Assembly (NCBI GenBank): GCA_963751085.1
Contig: CAVVTH010000004.1
Coordinates: forward strand, 81,551 to 145,550
Reading direction: 5' to 3'
Length of the DNA stretch: 64,000 bases
From: an uncultured Actinomycetota bacterium
GTDB taxonomy: Bacteria; Actinomycetota; Actinomycetes; Actinomycetales; Dermatophilaceae
Of the stretch, positions 1-12,010 are shown piece after piece. The notes under the pieces were generated by a model that was given only the letters and a program-made list of their open reading frames with translations, did not search any database and had not been told where the DNA came from. Each line of letters starts with the position of its first letter. Position 1 is the first letter of the stretch. Made by a program: the position numbers and the translations under genes.

Positions 1-183
1 TGGCTGGACGTCGGCGAGGACGAGTCCTCGGTGCTGCCGCCGCTGCACGCCTTCGCGGAGGAGCTGTCCGGTGCCGGGTTCACGGTGGAGTACCACGCGC
101 GCCCTGGGGGGCACGACTTCGGGACGTGGACGCCGGCCCTGGAGGAGTCGCTGCCGTGGGCGGCTGCCAAACTCGGCGGGTGA
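1..183 (+). CDS. 3' end of a putative esterase / alpha-beta hydrolase (partial)
   Basis: Frame 1 is open to TGA at 181-183: WLDVGEDE...YHARPGGHDFGTWTPALEESLPW. GGHD-x-x-x-W is typical of esterase C-termini. Confidence 0.6.
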   Translation, partial: WLDVGEDESSVLPPLHAFAEELSGAGFTVEYHARPGGHDFGTWTPALEESLPWAAAKLGG

Positions 184-680
184 CGTCACCGGCCCTGCGC
201 CCGATCACCGAGGCCGACGTGCCGGCGGTCCTGGCCCTCAACCACCGTTTCGTCGACCTCCTGTCGCCCCTGGACGACGAGCGGCTGCTTCGGCTCGTCG
301 GTCTCGCGGACCACGCCGACGTGGTGGTGGTCGGTGGCGAGATAGCCGGCTTCGTCGTGACGATGGCTCCCGGCGTCGCCTACGACTCGGAGAACTACCA
401 GTGGCACGCGGAGCGCTACCGAGAGACGTTCTACTACCTGGACCGGATCGTCATCGCCGAGGAGATGCGGCGGCAGGGGCTCGCCGGCTTCGTCTACGAC
501 GCCATGGAGAAGGCGGCACGCCCGTTCGGGCGGATGACCCTGGAGGTCAACGTGGACCCACCGAACGCCGGGTCGCTGGCCTTCCACGAGCGAAGGGGCT
601 ACGTCGAGGTCGGCCGGCTCGGGGCGCCGGGCCACGTGGTCGGCCTCATGGCCAAGGACCTCACCACTTACTCTGGCTAG
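180..680 (+). CDS. GNAT family N-acetyltransferase
   Basis: GTG overlaps the upstream TGA. Motifs YLDRIVI...RRQGLA and EVNVDPPNAGSLAFHERRGY. Confidence 0.85.
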   Translation: MTSPALRPITEADVPAVLALNHRFVDLLSPLDDERLLRLVGLADHADVVVVGGEIAGFVVTMAPGVAYDSENYQWHAERYRETFYYLDRIVIAEEMRRQGLAGFVYDAMEKAARPFGRMTLEVNVDPPNAGSLAFHERRGYVEVGRLGAPGHVVGLMAKDLTTYSG

Positions 681-708
681 GTGCGACGTCCCCGCCGTCC
701 GAGCCTCG

Positions 709-1599
709 TTGGTCCGGCCGATCCTCGTCGCCAACCTGGTCGGCGAGATCCTCATCGTCGTCACCGGCGGCGTCGTTCGGCTCACCGGCAGCGGCCTGGG
801 CTGCCCGACCTGGCCCGAGTGCGTCCCCGGCTCGTTCACGCCCGTCCCCTACCAGGAGGAGGGGTTCCACAAGCTCATCGAGTTCGGCAACCGGACGCTG
901 ACCGGCGTCGTTGGGCTCCTCGCCGTCGCCTGCGTCTGGGCGGTGTTCACCCGGATGCGCCGGCGAACCCCGCTGCTGCTGGTGGCCGTCGGTCTGGTGG
1001 CCGGGGTGCTCCTCCAGGCGGTCGTCGGCGGCATCGCGGTGCGGATGACCCTGAGCCCGGTGGTCGTCGCGTTCCACTTCCTGCTCTCCATGGTGATGGT
1101 CGCCCTGTCGACGATGCTGTTGCGTGGATCAGAGGACGGGTGGTCGCCCGACGGCACCGCCGTCGTCCAGCCGCGCGAGCTCCTCGCGCCGCCGCTCGTC
1201 AGCACCTTGGCGTGGGTCACGGCCGGGGTGGGGGCGGTCGTGCTGCTGCTCGGCACGGTCGTCACCGGGTCGGGTCCGCACTCGGGGGACGCCGAGCAAC
1301 CGGCCCGGACCGGCTTCGACCCGCGGTCGGTCGCGTGGCTGCACGCGGACGTCGTCATGCTCTTCGTCGGCCTGGTCGTGGCCGTCCTCGTCGCCGTGTG
1401 GCTGACCAGCTCGTCGGACCGAGCGAAGGCGACCTGGCGCGGCGTGCTCGTTGTGACGCTGCTCCAGGGCGCGATCGGCTACGCGCAGTACTTCACCGGG
1501 CTGCCCGAAGTCCTCGTCGGGCTGCACATGTTCGGGGCGTCCCTGCTCGTCGTGACGCTGACCCTCGGCATCATGAACCTGCGCGAGAACCCGCTTTAG
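709..1599 (+). CDS. ctaA: Heme A synthase (COX15/CtaA family)
   Basis: TGGVVRLTGSGLGCPTWPEC, EFGNR, GSGPHSGD and conserved His residues in multiple TM helices. The start may be slightly upstream. Confidence 0.9.
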   Translation: MVRPILVANLVGEILIVVTGGVVRLTGSGLGCPTWPECVPGSFTPVPYQEEGFHKLIEFGNRTLTGVVGLLAVACVWAVFTRMRRRTPLLLVAVGLVAGVLLQAVVGGIAVRMTLSPVVVAFHFLLSMVMVALSTMLLRGSEDGWSPDGTAVVQPRELLAPPLVSTLAWVTAGVGAVVLLLGTVVTGSGPHSGDAEQPARTGFDPRSVAWLHADVVMLFVGLVVAVLVAVWLTSSSDRAKATWRGVLVVTLLQGAIGYAQYFTGLPEVLVGLHMFGASLLVVTLTLGIMNLRENPL

Positions 1600-1621
1600 C
1601 CACCGCACTAGGCACGGAGCT

Positions 1622-2239
1622 CTAGACCATGCGGTAGCCGATCTCGGCCGAAGCGGTCGCCAGCGCTCCCTGGAGGGCCGGGCTCGAGAGCGGCCGTGAG
1701 AACGCCGGGTGCAGCGGGAAGGTGTCCGCCGCCGCCGTGAACAGGGTGACCGTCGGCCGCCCGGTCATGGTCGAGATGCTCCAGAGCCCGTCGAGGTCCG
1801 GCCACTCCGTCGCGACCGCGCGCGCCCACGCCCGGCACACCGACTTCGGTCCCGTCGTCAACAGGTGCGAGGCGCCGTTGCGGATCGGCCACGTCTCGGT
1901 GAGGTCCAGCAGGGTGAGCACGCGCGTCGGCTGCCACCCCGTGAGGTAGGGCGCCCGCCGCGAGACGTCGACGACACGGGAGGTGGCGAAGACCTCGGCC
2001 AGGCACGTGACGACGTCCGTGGCCGCATACGTCACACCGCGGTCGGACGGGCCGGGAGGCAGCGGTTGCGGGTCGAACCGGGAGGTGGTGGGACCGACGT
2101 AGCGCAGCCGGTTCCACGGGGTGACGTGCGGTCCGGCGGTCGCGTGGATCCGCCACAAGGCCGCGGAACGAGGTATGCGGCGCAGGTCGCCCGGTCGGCG
2201 GACGAGGGGCAGCTCCGGCGTAGGCGGCAGCCTGGGCAC
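1622..2239 (-). CDS. RES domain protein (putative NAD+-consuming toxin)
   Basis: LWRIH, SRFDP, VTYAA, CLAEVF, LTLLDL and DGLWSIS give the R-E-S layout. Confidence 0.8.
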   Translation of the reverse strand: MPRLPPTPELPLVRRPGDLRRIPRSAALWRIHATAGPHVTPWNRLRYVGPTTSRFDPQPLPPGPSDRGVTYAATDVVTCLAEVFATSRVVDVSRRAPYLTGWQPTRVLTLLDLTETWPIRNGASHLLTTGPKSVCRAWARAVATEWPDLDGLWSISTMTGRPTVTLFTAAADTFPLHPAFSRPLSSPALQGALATASAEIGYRMV

Positions 2240-2268
2240 GGGCGGCTCCTAGGCCGGCGCGCGGCGGG

Positions 2269-2823
2269 TCACCACAGCTCGAGCCCCTCGGCTTCGTCGA
2301 CGACGCGCTGCGGGTCTCCCCCGGACGCCAGCCACCGCGCGGGGCTCTCGTCGTCGAGGTCGGCGTCGGCGGTGGTGAAGAACCCCTCGACGGCGCTCGG
2401 GTGCAGGTCCGCGGGCAGCGCGGCCAGCACGGTCTCGAGTCCCGGCAGCGGCGCGCCGTCCGCGGTGAACTGCCACCGCGGCAACCGTCGCTGTGACCCG
2501 ATCCGGAAGGCGTAGAGCTGGCGGTCGCGCAGCCGGTGCGAGACCCGGGACCGGTGCAGCCCGAGCAGCTGCGCCGCCTGCTCGATGGTGAGCGACTGCG
2601 ACGCGGCGCCGAGCACCGACATCGTCGCGTCGGTGGCCCGGTCCAGCTGCGTGGCGGCCGGGTCACCGAGCGGCACGCCCGCGTGGCGCTGCCAGAACTG
2701 CTCCTCGGCGGAGGTCAGATCCGCGGCGGCCGGGTCCGGCTGCGCCGCGAGGCGGCGCTCCAGGGACGAGGACAGGTCGGCCTCGGTGATGTCGTAGCGC
2801 GCGAGCAGCTCGTTCAGGGTCAT
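2269..2823 (-). CDS. HTH DNA-binding protein, putative antitoxin of the RES toxin
   Basis: Xis-like [29 protein letters not shown] and a C-terminal MbcA/Xre-like segment [19 protein letters not shown] before ATG 2823. Confidence 0.7.
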   Translation of the reverse strand: MTLNELLARYDITEADLSSSLERRLAAQPDPAAADLTSAEEQFWQRHAGVPLGDPAATQLDRATDATMSVLGAASQSLTIEQAAQLLGLHRSRVSHRLRDRQLYAFRIGSQRRLPRWQFTADGAPLPGLETVLAALPADLHPSAVEGFFTTADADLDDESPARWLASGGDPQRVVDEAEGLELW

Positions 2824-2834
2824 GGGGCGCCTCC

Positions 2835-2866
2835 TGCGCACATCGTACGCCTGATGTGCGCATCAG
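2835..2866. promoter_or_regulatory. Palindromic operator overlapping the -10 box of the TA operon
   Basis: TGCGCACATC-N8-GATGTGCGCA (2835-2862) plus CTGATG-TGCG-CATCAG (2851-2866). Minus-strand TACGAT lies within them. Confidence 0.65.
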
Positions 2867-2890
2867 TGCGGAACCCGGCCGGGCGGACGG

Positions 2891-3848
2891 TCAGCGCCAG
2901 AGGGCCAGGTGCAGCAGCGGGTCGAGCGCGACCGCGACGAAGAGGATGGTCAGGTAGGTGATCGAGAAGTGGAACAGCCGCATGGGCCGGAGCACCGCCG
3001 GCCCGGCGCCGGCCTTCGCGGCCCGCAGCAGGCGGTGTGCTTCCGTCACGAAAAGGGCACCGGAGACCACCGCTCCGACGAGGTAGAGCAAGCCCATCGA
3101 CGCCACGGGGACGAGGAGCAGCGAGGCGGCCACCATCGCCCACGAGTACACGACGACCTGGCGTGCGACGACGACGAACCGCTCGACCACCGGCAGCATC
3201 GGCACGCGAGCCGCGGCGTAGTCGTCCTTGAACTTCATGGACAGCGGCCAGTAGTGCGGCGGCGTCCAGAAGAACACCACGGCGAAGAGGACCAACGGAG
3301 CCCAGGCCAACGAGTCGGTGACCGCCGACCAGCCGACGAGCACCGGCATACAGCCCGCCGCCCCGCCCCAGACGATGTTCTGCGCGGTGCGCCGCTTGAG
3401 CAGCGCGGTGTAGACGCCCGACGTAGAACAGGAGCGCACCGAGCGCCAGCCACGAGCTGAGCCAGTTGACCAACAGCCCGAGCCAGAGCGTCGACGCGAC
3501 GGCGAGCGCGACCCCGAACAGCAAGGCCGCCCTCGGCGACACCGTCCCCGTCACGAGCGGCCGCTGGCTGGTCCGGTGCATCACCGCGTCGATGTCGCGG
3601 TCGAGATAGCAGTTGAGGGTGTTGGCCGCGCCGGCGGACATCGTCCCGCCGACGAGGGTGGCGAGCACCAGCCACAGCGAGGGCACGCCCCGAGCCGCGA
3701 GGAACATCACGGGAACCGTCGTGATGAGCAGCAGCTCGATGATCCGCGGCTTGGTCAGCGCGACGTACTGGCCGACGACGAACCAGGGTCCGCGACCCTG
3801 GCGAGCCGGTGCCGCCGACAGGTCGGCGCGGGGGTCCAGAGCGGTCAC
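2891..3848 (-). CDS. ctaB: Protoheme IX farnesyltransferase (heme O synthase), frameshift near 3420
   Basis: [30 protein letters not shown], then [13 protein letters not shown] and [11 protein letters not shown] in the other frame. AAGGAA RBS before GTG 3848. Confidence 0.9.
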
Positions 3849-3937
3849 GGATTCCTTCGCAGAGGGGCGGGCCCAGGGGCGGCCGCCGGGCGGTGACATC
3901 GAGCAACGCGAGTCTATCCCGCGGTCCTGGGAGCTCG

Positions 3938-3996
3938 CCTTCGGCGTCGCTTCGGTCGTCGCTTCGGTCGTCGCTTCGGTCGTCGCTTCGGTCGTC
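3938..3996. repeat. 12-bp tandem repeat GCTTCGGTCGTC x4 plus one degenerate copy
   Basis: Perfect units at 3949, 3961, 3973 and 3985, in the divergent ctaB/tkt intergenic region. Confidence 0.95.
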
Positions 3997-4082
3997 GGCT
4001 TGTGCATGACACGACGTGTTCTTGGGCACATGCACAGGGCTAGGCTCGGCAAGGACCGGCACCGGCTTCGAAGGAGTGCTCT

Positions 4083-6401
4083 GTGACCCCGCCCTCGGCA
4101 ACCCGATCCGCCCCGCGCACCAACGGTTCGTCACCTGGTCCACTCGCCAAGCGCAGCCCCGAGCTCCAGCTGCCGGTGGCGAAGCAGGCCGGCTGGAGCG
4201 ACCTCGACGTGCGTGCCGTCGACACCGTGCGCGTGCTCGCGGCGGACGCGGTCCAGAAGACCGGAAACGGCCACCCCGGCACCGCCATGTCGCTCGCGCC
4301 GCTCGCATACCTGCTCTACCAGAACGTCATGACGCACGACCCGTCCGACCCGGCGTGGCTCGGACGCGACCGGTTCGTCCTGTCGTGTGGGCACTCCAGC
4401 CTCACCCAGTACATCCAGCTCTACCTGTCCGGCTACGGACTGGAGCTGAAGGACCTCGAGGCGCTGCGGACGTGGGGAAGCCTCACTCCCGGGCACCCGG
4501 AGGTCCACCACACCACCGGCGTGGAGATCACTACTGGGCCCCTCGGGTCGGGCCTCGCGTCGGCCGTCGGGATGGCGTTCGCGCAACGGCGGCAGCGGGA
4601 GATGTTCGACGCGGGCGCCAAGCCGGGGCAGAGCGTCTTCGACCACCACATCTACGTGATCGCCTCCGACGGCGACATCATGGAGGGCGTCAGCCACGAG
4701 GCCTCGGCGTTGGCCGCCCACCAGGAGCTCGGCAACCTCACGCTGATCTACGACCAGAACCACATCTCGATCGAGGACGACACCAACATCTCGTTCTCCG
4801 AGGACGTCGCGAAGCGCTACGAGGCATACGGCTGGGACGTCCACGTCGTCGACTGGCGTCGCAACACCGCCGACGACGAAGGCGGCTACCGCTACGTCGA
4901 GAACGTCGACGAGCTGCTCGCCGCGATCGAGGCCGGCAAGAAGGTGACCAACAAGCCGACGATGGTCCTGCTCAAGACCATCATCGCCTGGCCCGCCCCG
5001 ACCAAGCAGAACACCGGCAAGTCCCACGGGTCCGCCCTCGGGGACGACGAGGTCAACGCGATCCACGAGATCCTCGGCTTCTCGCAGAAGCGCTTCCCCG
5101 TCGAGCGTGCCGTGCTGGCCCACGCCCGCAAGGTCGTCGGCCGGGGCAAGGCCGCACACAAGGACTGGGACAAGAGGTATGCGGCGTGGCGCAAGGCCAA
5201 CGCCGACAAGGCCCAGCTGCTCGACCGGCTCGTCGCTGGGAAGGTGCCGTCGGGACTGGGCAAGGCGATGCCGACCTTCCCGGCCGACACGGACAAGGGC
5301 ATGTCGACCCGGGCCGCCTCCGGCAAGGTCCTGGACGCCATCGCCGACGTCATGCCGGAGCTGTGGGGAGGGTCCGCCGACCTGGCGGAGTCCAACAACA
5401 CGACGATGGCCGGCCAGCCGTCGTTCATCCCCACCGACAAGCAGACCGACGAGTGGAAGGGCGGCCCGGGCGGGCGCACCCTCCACTTCGGCATCCGCGA
5501 GTTCGGAATGGGCTGCATCCTCAACGGCATCGCCCTCGAGGGGCTCACGCGGCCCTATGGCGGCACCTTCCTGGTCTTCTCCGACTACATGCGCGGTGCG
5601 GTCCGGCTCGCGGCCATCCAAGAGCTCCCGGTCACTTTCGTGTGGACGCACGACTCCATCGGCCTCGGCGAGGACGGACCGACCCACCAACCGGTCGAGC
5701 ACCTCGCGGCGCTCCGGGCCATGCCGGGGCTCGACGTCGTCCGCCCGGCCGACGCCAACGAGACGGCCGCCTGCTGGCAGGCCGTCCTCGACAACGCGCA
5801 GCCAGCAGGCCTGGTGCTCAGCCGCCAGAACCTGCCGATCTACGACCGCAAGCAGTTCGCCAAGGCCAGCAACGCGAGCAAGGGCGCCTACGTGATGGTG
5901 GACGGTGGCACAAGCGGCACCGAGTCACCGGACGTCATCCTCATCGCCACCGGCTCGGAGGTCAGCATCGCGGTCGACGCGCGGGCCCGGCTGGAGAAGA
6001 GCGGCATCAAGACCCGAGTCGTCTCGATGCCGTGCCGCGAGTGGTTCGAGCGGCAGTCCCGCGCCTACCGCGACCGCGTCCTGCCCCCCTCGGTCCGGGC
6101 CCGGGTCAGCATCGAGGCGGCTGTGGGCCTCGGCTGGCGCGACTACGTCGGCGACGCCGGCCGGATCATCTCCCTCGAGCACTTCGGGGCGTCCGCGGAC
6201 TACAAGACGCTCTACCGCGAGTTCGGGATCACGCCCGAGGCGACGGTCAAGGCCGCCAAGGACTCGCTCAAGGCCGCCAAGGCCGCGGCCGAGGTGGCGC
6301 CGGTCACGGACGTCAACCCGAGGTCCTCGCAGAACGGCAGCCGCACCGACACCGGCCCCGAGAACAGCGCCGCGACCAAGGCCACGGCTTCGGCCCACTG
6401 A
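4083..6401 (+). CDS. tkt: Transketolase
   Basis: [59 protein letters not shown]. Confidence 0.98.
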   Translation: MTPPSATRSAPRTNGSSPGPLAKRSPELQLPVAKQAGWSDLDVRAVDTVRVLAADAVQKTGNGHPGTAMSLAPLAYLLYQNVMTHDPSDPAWLGRDRFVLSCGHSSLTQYIQLYLSGYGLELKDLEALRTWGSLTPGHPEVHHTTGVEITTGPLGSGLASAVGMAFAQRRQREMFDAGAKPGQSVFDHHIYVIASDGDIMEGVSHEASALAAHQELGNLTLIYDQNHISIEDDTNISFSEDVAKRYEAYGWDVHVVDWRRNTADDEGGYRYVENVDELLAAIEAGKKVTNKPTMVLLKTIIAWPAPTKQNTGKSHGSALGDDEVNAIHEILGFSQKRFPVERAVLAHARKVVGRGKAAHKDWDKRYAAWRKANADKAQLLDRLVAGKVPSGLGKAMPTFPADTDKGMSTRAASGKVLDAIADVMPELWGGSADLAESNNTTMAGQPSFIPTDKQTDEWKGGPGGRTLHFGIREFGMGCILNGIALEGLTRPYGGTFLVFSDYMRGAVRLAAIQELPVTFVWTHDSIGLGEDGPTHQPVEHLAALRAMPGLDVVRPADANETAACWQAVLDNAQPAGLVLSRQNLPIYDRKQFAKASNASKGAYVMVDGGTSGTESPDVILIATGSEVSIAVDARARLEKSGIKTRVVSMPCREWFERQSRAYRDRVLPPSVRARVSIEAAVGLGWRDYVGDAGRIISLEHFGASADYKTLYREFGITPEATVKAAKDSLKAAKAAAEVAPVTDVNPRSSQNGSRTDTGPENSAATKATASAH

Positions 6402-6443
6402 CCACCTACCGTTCATCTCACACGCTTAGGGAGCTGAGCACGC

Positions 6444-7572
6444 ATGACCAACGACAACCTCCAAGCCCTCTCCGACGCCGGGGTATCGATCTGGCTGGAC
6501 GACCTGTCCCGCGACCGGCTCGACTCCGGCAACCTCGCCGAGCTGGTCAAGACCCGCAACGTCGTGGGCGTGACGACCAACCCGTCGATCTTCCAGGCGG
6601 CGATGTCGGTCGGTAACGCCTACGACGACCAGATCGCGAAGCTGGCCGCGGCCGGCAAGAACGTCGAGGAGGCGGTCTTCGCGATGACCACCGACGACGT
6701 CCGCAACGCCTGCGACGTCATGAAGCCGGTGTTCGACGCCACCCACGGCGTGGACGGGCGGGTGTCGATCGAGGTCGACCCCCGGCTCGCGCACGACACC
6801 GACAAGACGGTCGAGCAGGCCAAGCAGCTGTCCGCGGCCGTCGACCGGGACCAGGTCTTCATCAAGATCCCGGCCACCCTCGAGGGACTGCCGGCGATCA
6901 CCGCGGTGCTGGCCGAGGGGATCAGCGTCAACGTCACGCTGATCTTCTCCCTGGAGCGCTACCGCGCCGTCATGAACGCCTTCCTCACCGGCCTGGAGCA
7001 GGCGCACGCCGCCGGCAAGGACCTGTCCACGATCTCGTCGGTCGCGTCGTTCTTCGTCTCCCGCGTCGACACCGAGATCGACAAGCGTCTCGACGCCATC
7101 GGCACCGAGGAGGCCAAGTCCCTCAAGGGCAAGGCCGGCGTCGCCAACGCCCGGCTGGCGTACCAGGCGTACGAGGAGGTCTTCTCGACCCCGCGGTGGA
7201 CGTCGCTGGAGGCCGAGGGCGCTCGACCGCAACGGCCACTGTGGGCGTCCACCGGTGTCAAGGACCCGGCCTACAAGGACACGATGTACGTCGTCGACCT
7301 CGTCGCCCAGGGCATCGTCAACACGATGCCGGAGAAGACCCTCGACGCGGTCGCCGACCACGGCGAGATCGTCGGGGACACCATCACACCGCCACTACGC
7401 CGACGCCCAGAAGGTCCTCGACGACCTCGAGAAGATCGGCGTCTCCTACAACGACGTGGTCCAGGTGCTCGAGGTCGAGGGCGTCCAGAAGTTCGAGAAG
7501 GCGTGGGGCGAGCTGCTCGACGAGGCCACCGCGAACCTCGAGAAGGCGGCCCAGAAGGCAGCCCAGAAGTGA
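6444..7572 (+). CDS. tal: Transaldolase, frameshift near 7390
   Basis: [47 protein letters not shown]. The C-terminus [17 protein letters not shown] is in the shifted frame and ends at TGA 7572. Confidence 0.95.
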
Positions 7573-9293
7573 CCGCGCTGTCCGTCTCCGCGTCCGGACC
7601 GGCCGCGGACGCGATCGCCGCTGCCGTCCCGCAGCTCGTCGAGGCACAGTTCGCGTCCAAGCTCTTCGCCCAGGACCCCACCCTGTGGGGCGAGGCGGCG
7701 GAGTCGGAGTCGGCCAAGCGGCTGTCCTGGGTCGCTCTGGCGCGTTCCTCCCGGCCCCTGGTCGGCGAGATCGCCGCGCTTCGGGACGACCTGGTCGGCA
7801 AGGGGCTCGACCACGTCGTCCTCTGCGGGATGGGCGGCTCCTCGCTGGCCCCGGAGGTGATCTGCGCGACCGAGGGCAAGGAGCTGGTCGTCCTCGACTC
7901 GTCCGACCCCGACTACGTGCGAGCCGCGTTGCAGGACCAGCTCGACCGCACCGTCGTCGTCGTGTCGAGCAAGTCCGGGTCCACCGTGGAGACCGACTCG
8001 CAGAAGCGGGTCTACGAGGGGGCGTTCAAGGACGCCGGCATCGACCCGACCGAGCGCATCGTCGTGGTGACCGACCCCGGTAGCCCGCTCGACAAGAGCG
8101 CCCGCGAGGACGGCTACCGCGTCGTCAACGCCGACCCCGACGTGGGCGGCCGCTACTCCGCGCTGACGGCGTTCGGCCTGGTCCCGAGCGGTCTGGCCGG
8201 CGTCGACATCGAGGCCCTCCTCGACGACGCCGAGTCGGTCGCCGATCTCCTGGCCGCCGACGACGACGCCAACCCGGGGCTTCGCCTCGGCGCCGCCCTC
8301 GGCGCGACGAGCCCGCTGCGCGACAAGGTAGCCATCGTCGACGACGGCTCCGGCATCGTCGGGTTCGCCGACTGGGCGGAGCAGCTCATCGCCGAGTCCA
8401 CGGGCAAGAACGGCACGGGGCTCCTGCCCGTCGTCGTGGCCGACGACCAGGACCCCGAGATCACGTGGCCGGCCCCCGACGTCACCGTGGTCCGGCTCGT
8501 GAGTGTCGACGCGGACGACGACCAGCCGCTCTCCGACGACACGGACGTGGTCGCGGTGGACGCCACCCGCTCCGAAGTCGCGGTCAGCGGCTCGCTCGGC
8601 GCCCAGATGCTGCTGTGGGAGGTCGCCGTCGCGGCGGCCGGCCGGCTCCTCGGCATCAACCCGTTCGACCAGCCCGACGTCGAGAGCGCCAAGGCCGCGG
8701 CCCGCGAGCTGCTCGACAAGGGGATGGGCGCGGCGGCGGCTCCGGCCGCCACCGACGGGGCGATCGAGATCCGCACCATGGGGGGAGACGCTGACTGGCT
8801 CGGCGGCGCGAGCACCGTGGCCGGCGCCCTCGACGCGCTCTTCGCCCAGCTCGACCCCAACCAGGGCTACGTCGCCGTCATGGCCTACCTCGACCGCCTG
8901 GCCGACGCTCCCCTGGCCACCTGTCGCCGGGCCATCGCCCTGCGGACCGAGCGCCCGACGACGTTCGGCTGGGGACCGCGGTTCCTGCACTCGACCGGCC
9001 AGTTCCACAAGGGCGGTCCGGCCGTCGGCGTCTACCTGCAGATCACCTCGACACCGCACGAGGACCTCGCCATCCCCGGCCGCGACTTCACCTTCGGCGA
9101 CTTCATCACGGCCCAGGCCGGCGGAGACGCCGCGGTCCTCGCCCAGCACGGCCGACCGGTCCTCCAGCTGCACCTCACCGACCACGACACCGGGCTGGCC
9201 CAGCTCGAGAAGGTGCTCGGGGTGGGCGGCGTCTCGGCCGGCTCCGCGGCCGACTCCGCGGCCGACTCAGGGGCCGCCCGAGGCGAGGCGTGA
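7569..9293 (+). CDS. pgi: Glucose-6-phosphate isomerase (actinobacterial short type)
   Basis: GTG overlaps the tal stop. Motifs [62 protein letters not shown]. Confidence 0.93.
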   Translation: MTALSVSASGPAADAIAAAVPQLVEAQFASKLFAQDPTLWGEAAESESAKRLSWVALARSSRPLVGEIAALRDDLVGKGLDHVVLCGMGGSSLAPEVICATEGKELVVLDSSDPDYVRAALQDQLDRTVVVVSSKSGSTVETDSQKRVYEGAFKDAGIDPTERIVVVTDPGSPLDKSAREDGYRVVNADPDVGGRYSALTAFGLVPSGLAGVDIEALLDDAESVADLLAADDDANPGLRLGAALGATSPLRDKVAIVDDGSGIVGFADWAEQLIAESTGKNGTGLLPVVVADDQDPEITWPAPDVTVVRLVSVDADDDQPLSDDTDVVAVDATRSEVAVSGSLGAQMLLWEVAVAAAGRLLGINPFDQPDVESAKAAARELLDKGMGAAAAPAATDGAIEIRTMGGDADWLGGASTVAGALDALFAQLDPNQGYVAVMAYLDRLADAPLATCRRAIALRTERPTTFGWGPRFLHSTGQFHKGGPAVGVYLQITSTPHEDLAIPGRDFTFGDFITAQAGGDAAVLAQHGRPVLQLHLTDHDTGLAQLEKVLGVGGVSAGSAADSAADSGAARGEA

Positions 9294-10831
9294 GTCCCGC
9301 CCGGGTCGCGGCGGGGGCCAACCCCCTCCGCGACCCGCGGGACCGGCGGCTACCCCGGATCGCCGGCCCGTGCGGGATGGTCATGTTCGGGGTGACCGGC
9401 GACCTGTCGCGCAAGAAGCTCATGCCGGCGATCTACGACCTCGCCAACCGCGGGCTGCTGCCCCCGGGCTTCTCGCTCGTCGGCTTCGCGCGCCGTGACT
9501 GGGCCGACGAGGACTTCGGACAGGTCGTCTACCAGTCGGTGCGCGACCACGCGCGAACCCCGTTCCGGGAGGACGTCTGGCGCAACCTCGCCGAGGGCTT
9601 CCGGTTCGTGCCCGGCACGTTCGACGACCCGGCGGCGTTCGACCTGCTCGCCGAGACCGTCCACGCCCTCGAGCAGCAGCGCGGCACCGGTGGCAACCTC
9701 GCCTTCTACCTCTCCATCCCGCCAGGCTCGTTCTCGCTGGTCTGCGAGCAGCTCAAGCGCTCCGGCCTCGCCGACGCGCGGGGCAACGCCTGGCGGCGGG
9801 TGGTCATCGAGAAGCCGTTCGGCCATGACCTCAAGAGCGCCCGCGAGCTCAACACCATCGTCGAGACGGTGTTCCCGCCCGACTCGGTGTTCCGGATCGA
9901 CCACTACCTGGGCAAGGAGACGGTTCAGAACATGTTGGCGCTCCGGTTCGCCAACCAGATGTTCGAGCCGATCTGGAACGCCAACTACGTCGACCACGTC
10001 CAGATCACCATGGCCGAGGACATCGGCATCGGCGGCCGCGCCGGCTACTACGACGGCATCGGCGCCGCGCGCGACGTCATCCAGAACCACCTGCTCCAGC
10101 TGCTCGCCCTCACCGCCATGGAGGAGCCGGTCTCGTTCAACGCCCGCGACCTGCGCGGCGAGAAGGAGAAGGTCCTCTCCGCGGTCCAGATCCCCGACGA
10201 CATCGGCCGCGACACGGCCCGCGGCCAGTACACGCACGGCTGGCAGGGCGAGGAGGAGGTCGTCGGCTACCTCGAGGAACAGGGTGTCGCCAAAGGCTCC
10301 ACCACGGAGACGTATGCGGCGGTGAAGCTCCTCGTCGACACCCGCCGCTGGGCCGGGGTGCCGTTCTACCTGCGGACCGGCAAGCGGCTCGGCAAGCGGG
10401 TCACCGAGATCGCGGTGGTCTTCAAGCGGGCGCCGCACCTGCCGTTCGACGACACGGCCACCGAGGAGCTCGGCCAGAACGCCATCGTCATCCGGGTCCA
10501 GCCCGACGAGGGCATCACCATGCGGTTCGGGTCCAAGGTGCCGGGCAACCAGATGGAGGTCCGCGACGTCACGATGGACTTCGGTTACGGGTCCGCGTTC
10601 ACGGAGTCCAGCCCCGAGGCATACGAGCGCCTCATCCTCGACGTCCTGCTCGGCGACCCGCCGCTGTTCCCCCGGCACGAGGAGGTCGAGCTGTCCTGGC
10701 GGATCCTCGACCCCATCGAGGCCTGGTGGAGCAAGCACGGCCGACCCGAGCCGTATGCCGCCGGCGGCTGGGGACCCGAGTCCGCCCACGAGATGATGGC
10801 CCGCGAGGGTCGCACCTGGAGAATTCCATGA
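9290..10831 (+). CDS. zwf: Glucose-6-phosphate 1-dehydrogenase
   Basis: [50 protein letters not shown]. Confidence 0.98.
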   Translation: MSPARVAAGANPLRDPRDRRLPRIAGPCGMVMFGVTGDLSRKKLMPAIYDLANRGLLPPGFSLVGFARRDWADEDFGQVVYQSVRDHARTPFREDVWRNLAEGFRFVPGTFDDPAAFDLLAETVHALEQQRGTGGNLAFYLSIPPGSFSLVCEQLKRSGLADARGNAWRRVVIEKPFGHDLKSARELNTIVETVFPPDSVFRIDHYLGKETVQNMLALRFANQMFEPIWNANYVDHVQITMAEDIGIGGRAGYYDGIGAARDVIQNHLLQLLALTAMEEPVSFNARDLRGEKEKVLSAVQIPDDIGRDTARGQYTHGWQGEEEVVGYLEEQGVAKGSTTETYAAVKLLVDTRRWAGVPFYLRTGKRLGKRVTEIAVVFKRAPHLPFDDTATEELGQNAIVIRVQPDEGITMRFGSKVPGNQMEVRDVTMDFGYGSAFTESSPEAYERLILDVLLGDPPLFPRHEEVELSWRILDPIEAWWSKHGRPEPYAAGGWGPESAHEMMAREGRTWRIP

Positions 10832-12008
10832 TCATCGACCTGCCCAAGACGACCTCGGCCTCGGTGAGCAAGAAGCTCGTGCAGCTGCGCAACGACGTCG
10901 GGGCGATGACGCTGGGTCGCGTTCTCACGCTGGTCATCGTCGTGGACGACCACCAGGCCGACGAGATCATCGAGGCCGCCAACGACGCGTCCCGGCAGCA
11001 CCCGTGCCGGATCGTCGTCGTCGTCGCCGCCAACCGGCGGGGCGCCGACCGGATGGACGCGCCAGATCCGGCTCGGCGGCGACGCCGGCGCGTCCGAGGT
11101 CGTCATCATGCGGCTCTACGGGGAGCTGGCCAAGCACGGGCAGTCGGTCGTCACCCCGCTGCTGCTGGCCGACTCCCCCGTCGTGGCGTGGTGGCCGCAC
11201 GAGTTCCCCTCGGACCTGCGCACGGACCCGATCGCGCAGATGGCTCAACGCCGGATCACCGACTCGGCGGAGTCGCGCAACCCGCGCGAGGCGCTCAAGC
11301 GGCTGGCGGCGCAGTACCAGGCGGGTGACACCGACCTCGCCTGGACCAGGATCACCCTGTGGCGTGGCCTCCTCGCTGCGGCGATCGACGGGCCGCCCTA
11401 CGAGGCGGTCGCCGAGGCGGTCGTGGCCGGTGCCAGCGACTCCCCGTCGTCGGAGCTGCTCGCCGCGCTGGCTCGGCCTCGCCCTCAAGGTCCCGGTGCG
11501 CCGCGTCCGGACGGCGCCCGGCGGCGGCGTGGTCAGCGTCCGCCTCGTCCGCAAGAGCGGGCCCATAGACCTCGTCCGTCCGGACGGCACCGTCGCCACG
11601 CTGTCGCAGCCGGGGCAGCCGGACCGGCGGATCTCGCTCAAACGGCGCGGCTTGGCCGAATGCCTCGCCGACGAGCTGCGCCACCTCGACGACGACGACG
11701 TGTATGCGGCGGCGCTCACCCGCGGCCTCTCCACCTTGCGTCCGGCCCGGCTGACGGCGTCCGAGGCGGCCGAGCGCGGTGAGGCACCGTCGACCGACCA
11801 CTCCCGCAAGCTCGCCGCCAAGCTGGCCCGCAGCTCAAGCGCCGAGGAGGCGCTGGCGATGGTGGTGGCGCCGCCGCCGCCGGACGAGGGTGACACGGCC
11901 GCGGTTCAGAAGGCCACCGCACGCAAACGCGCCGGTGAGCCGACCGCCCGGGAGAAGACGGTGGCCACGACGCGACCCGTCAAGCGACCCGCAGGGAAGA
12001 AGGGCTGA
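10828..12008 (+). CDS. opcA: G6PD assembly protein OpcA, two frameshifts (about 11060 and 11465)
   Basis: [55 protein letters not shown] and CLADELRHLDDDDVY lie in three successive frames. Confidence 0.9.
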
Positions 12009-12010
12009 CC

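Noticed and set aside
3938-3996. Possible CRISPR array
   Set aside because: Contiguous 12-bp units with no spacers and no cas genes.
4016-6616. Long alternative-frame and antisense ORFs (e.g. 4016-6616, 56405-58183, 61679-63913)
   Set aside because: Arg/Pro/Gly-rich or mirror-frame shadows expected at this GC content, with no recognisable motifs.
6444-9293. Apparent 949-aa Tal-Pgi fusion
   Set aside because: The true Tal C-terminus is in another frame ending at TGA 7572, overlapping the pgi GTG. The linker is out-of-frame nonsense caused by one indel near 7390.
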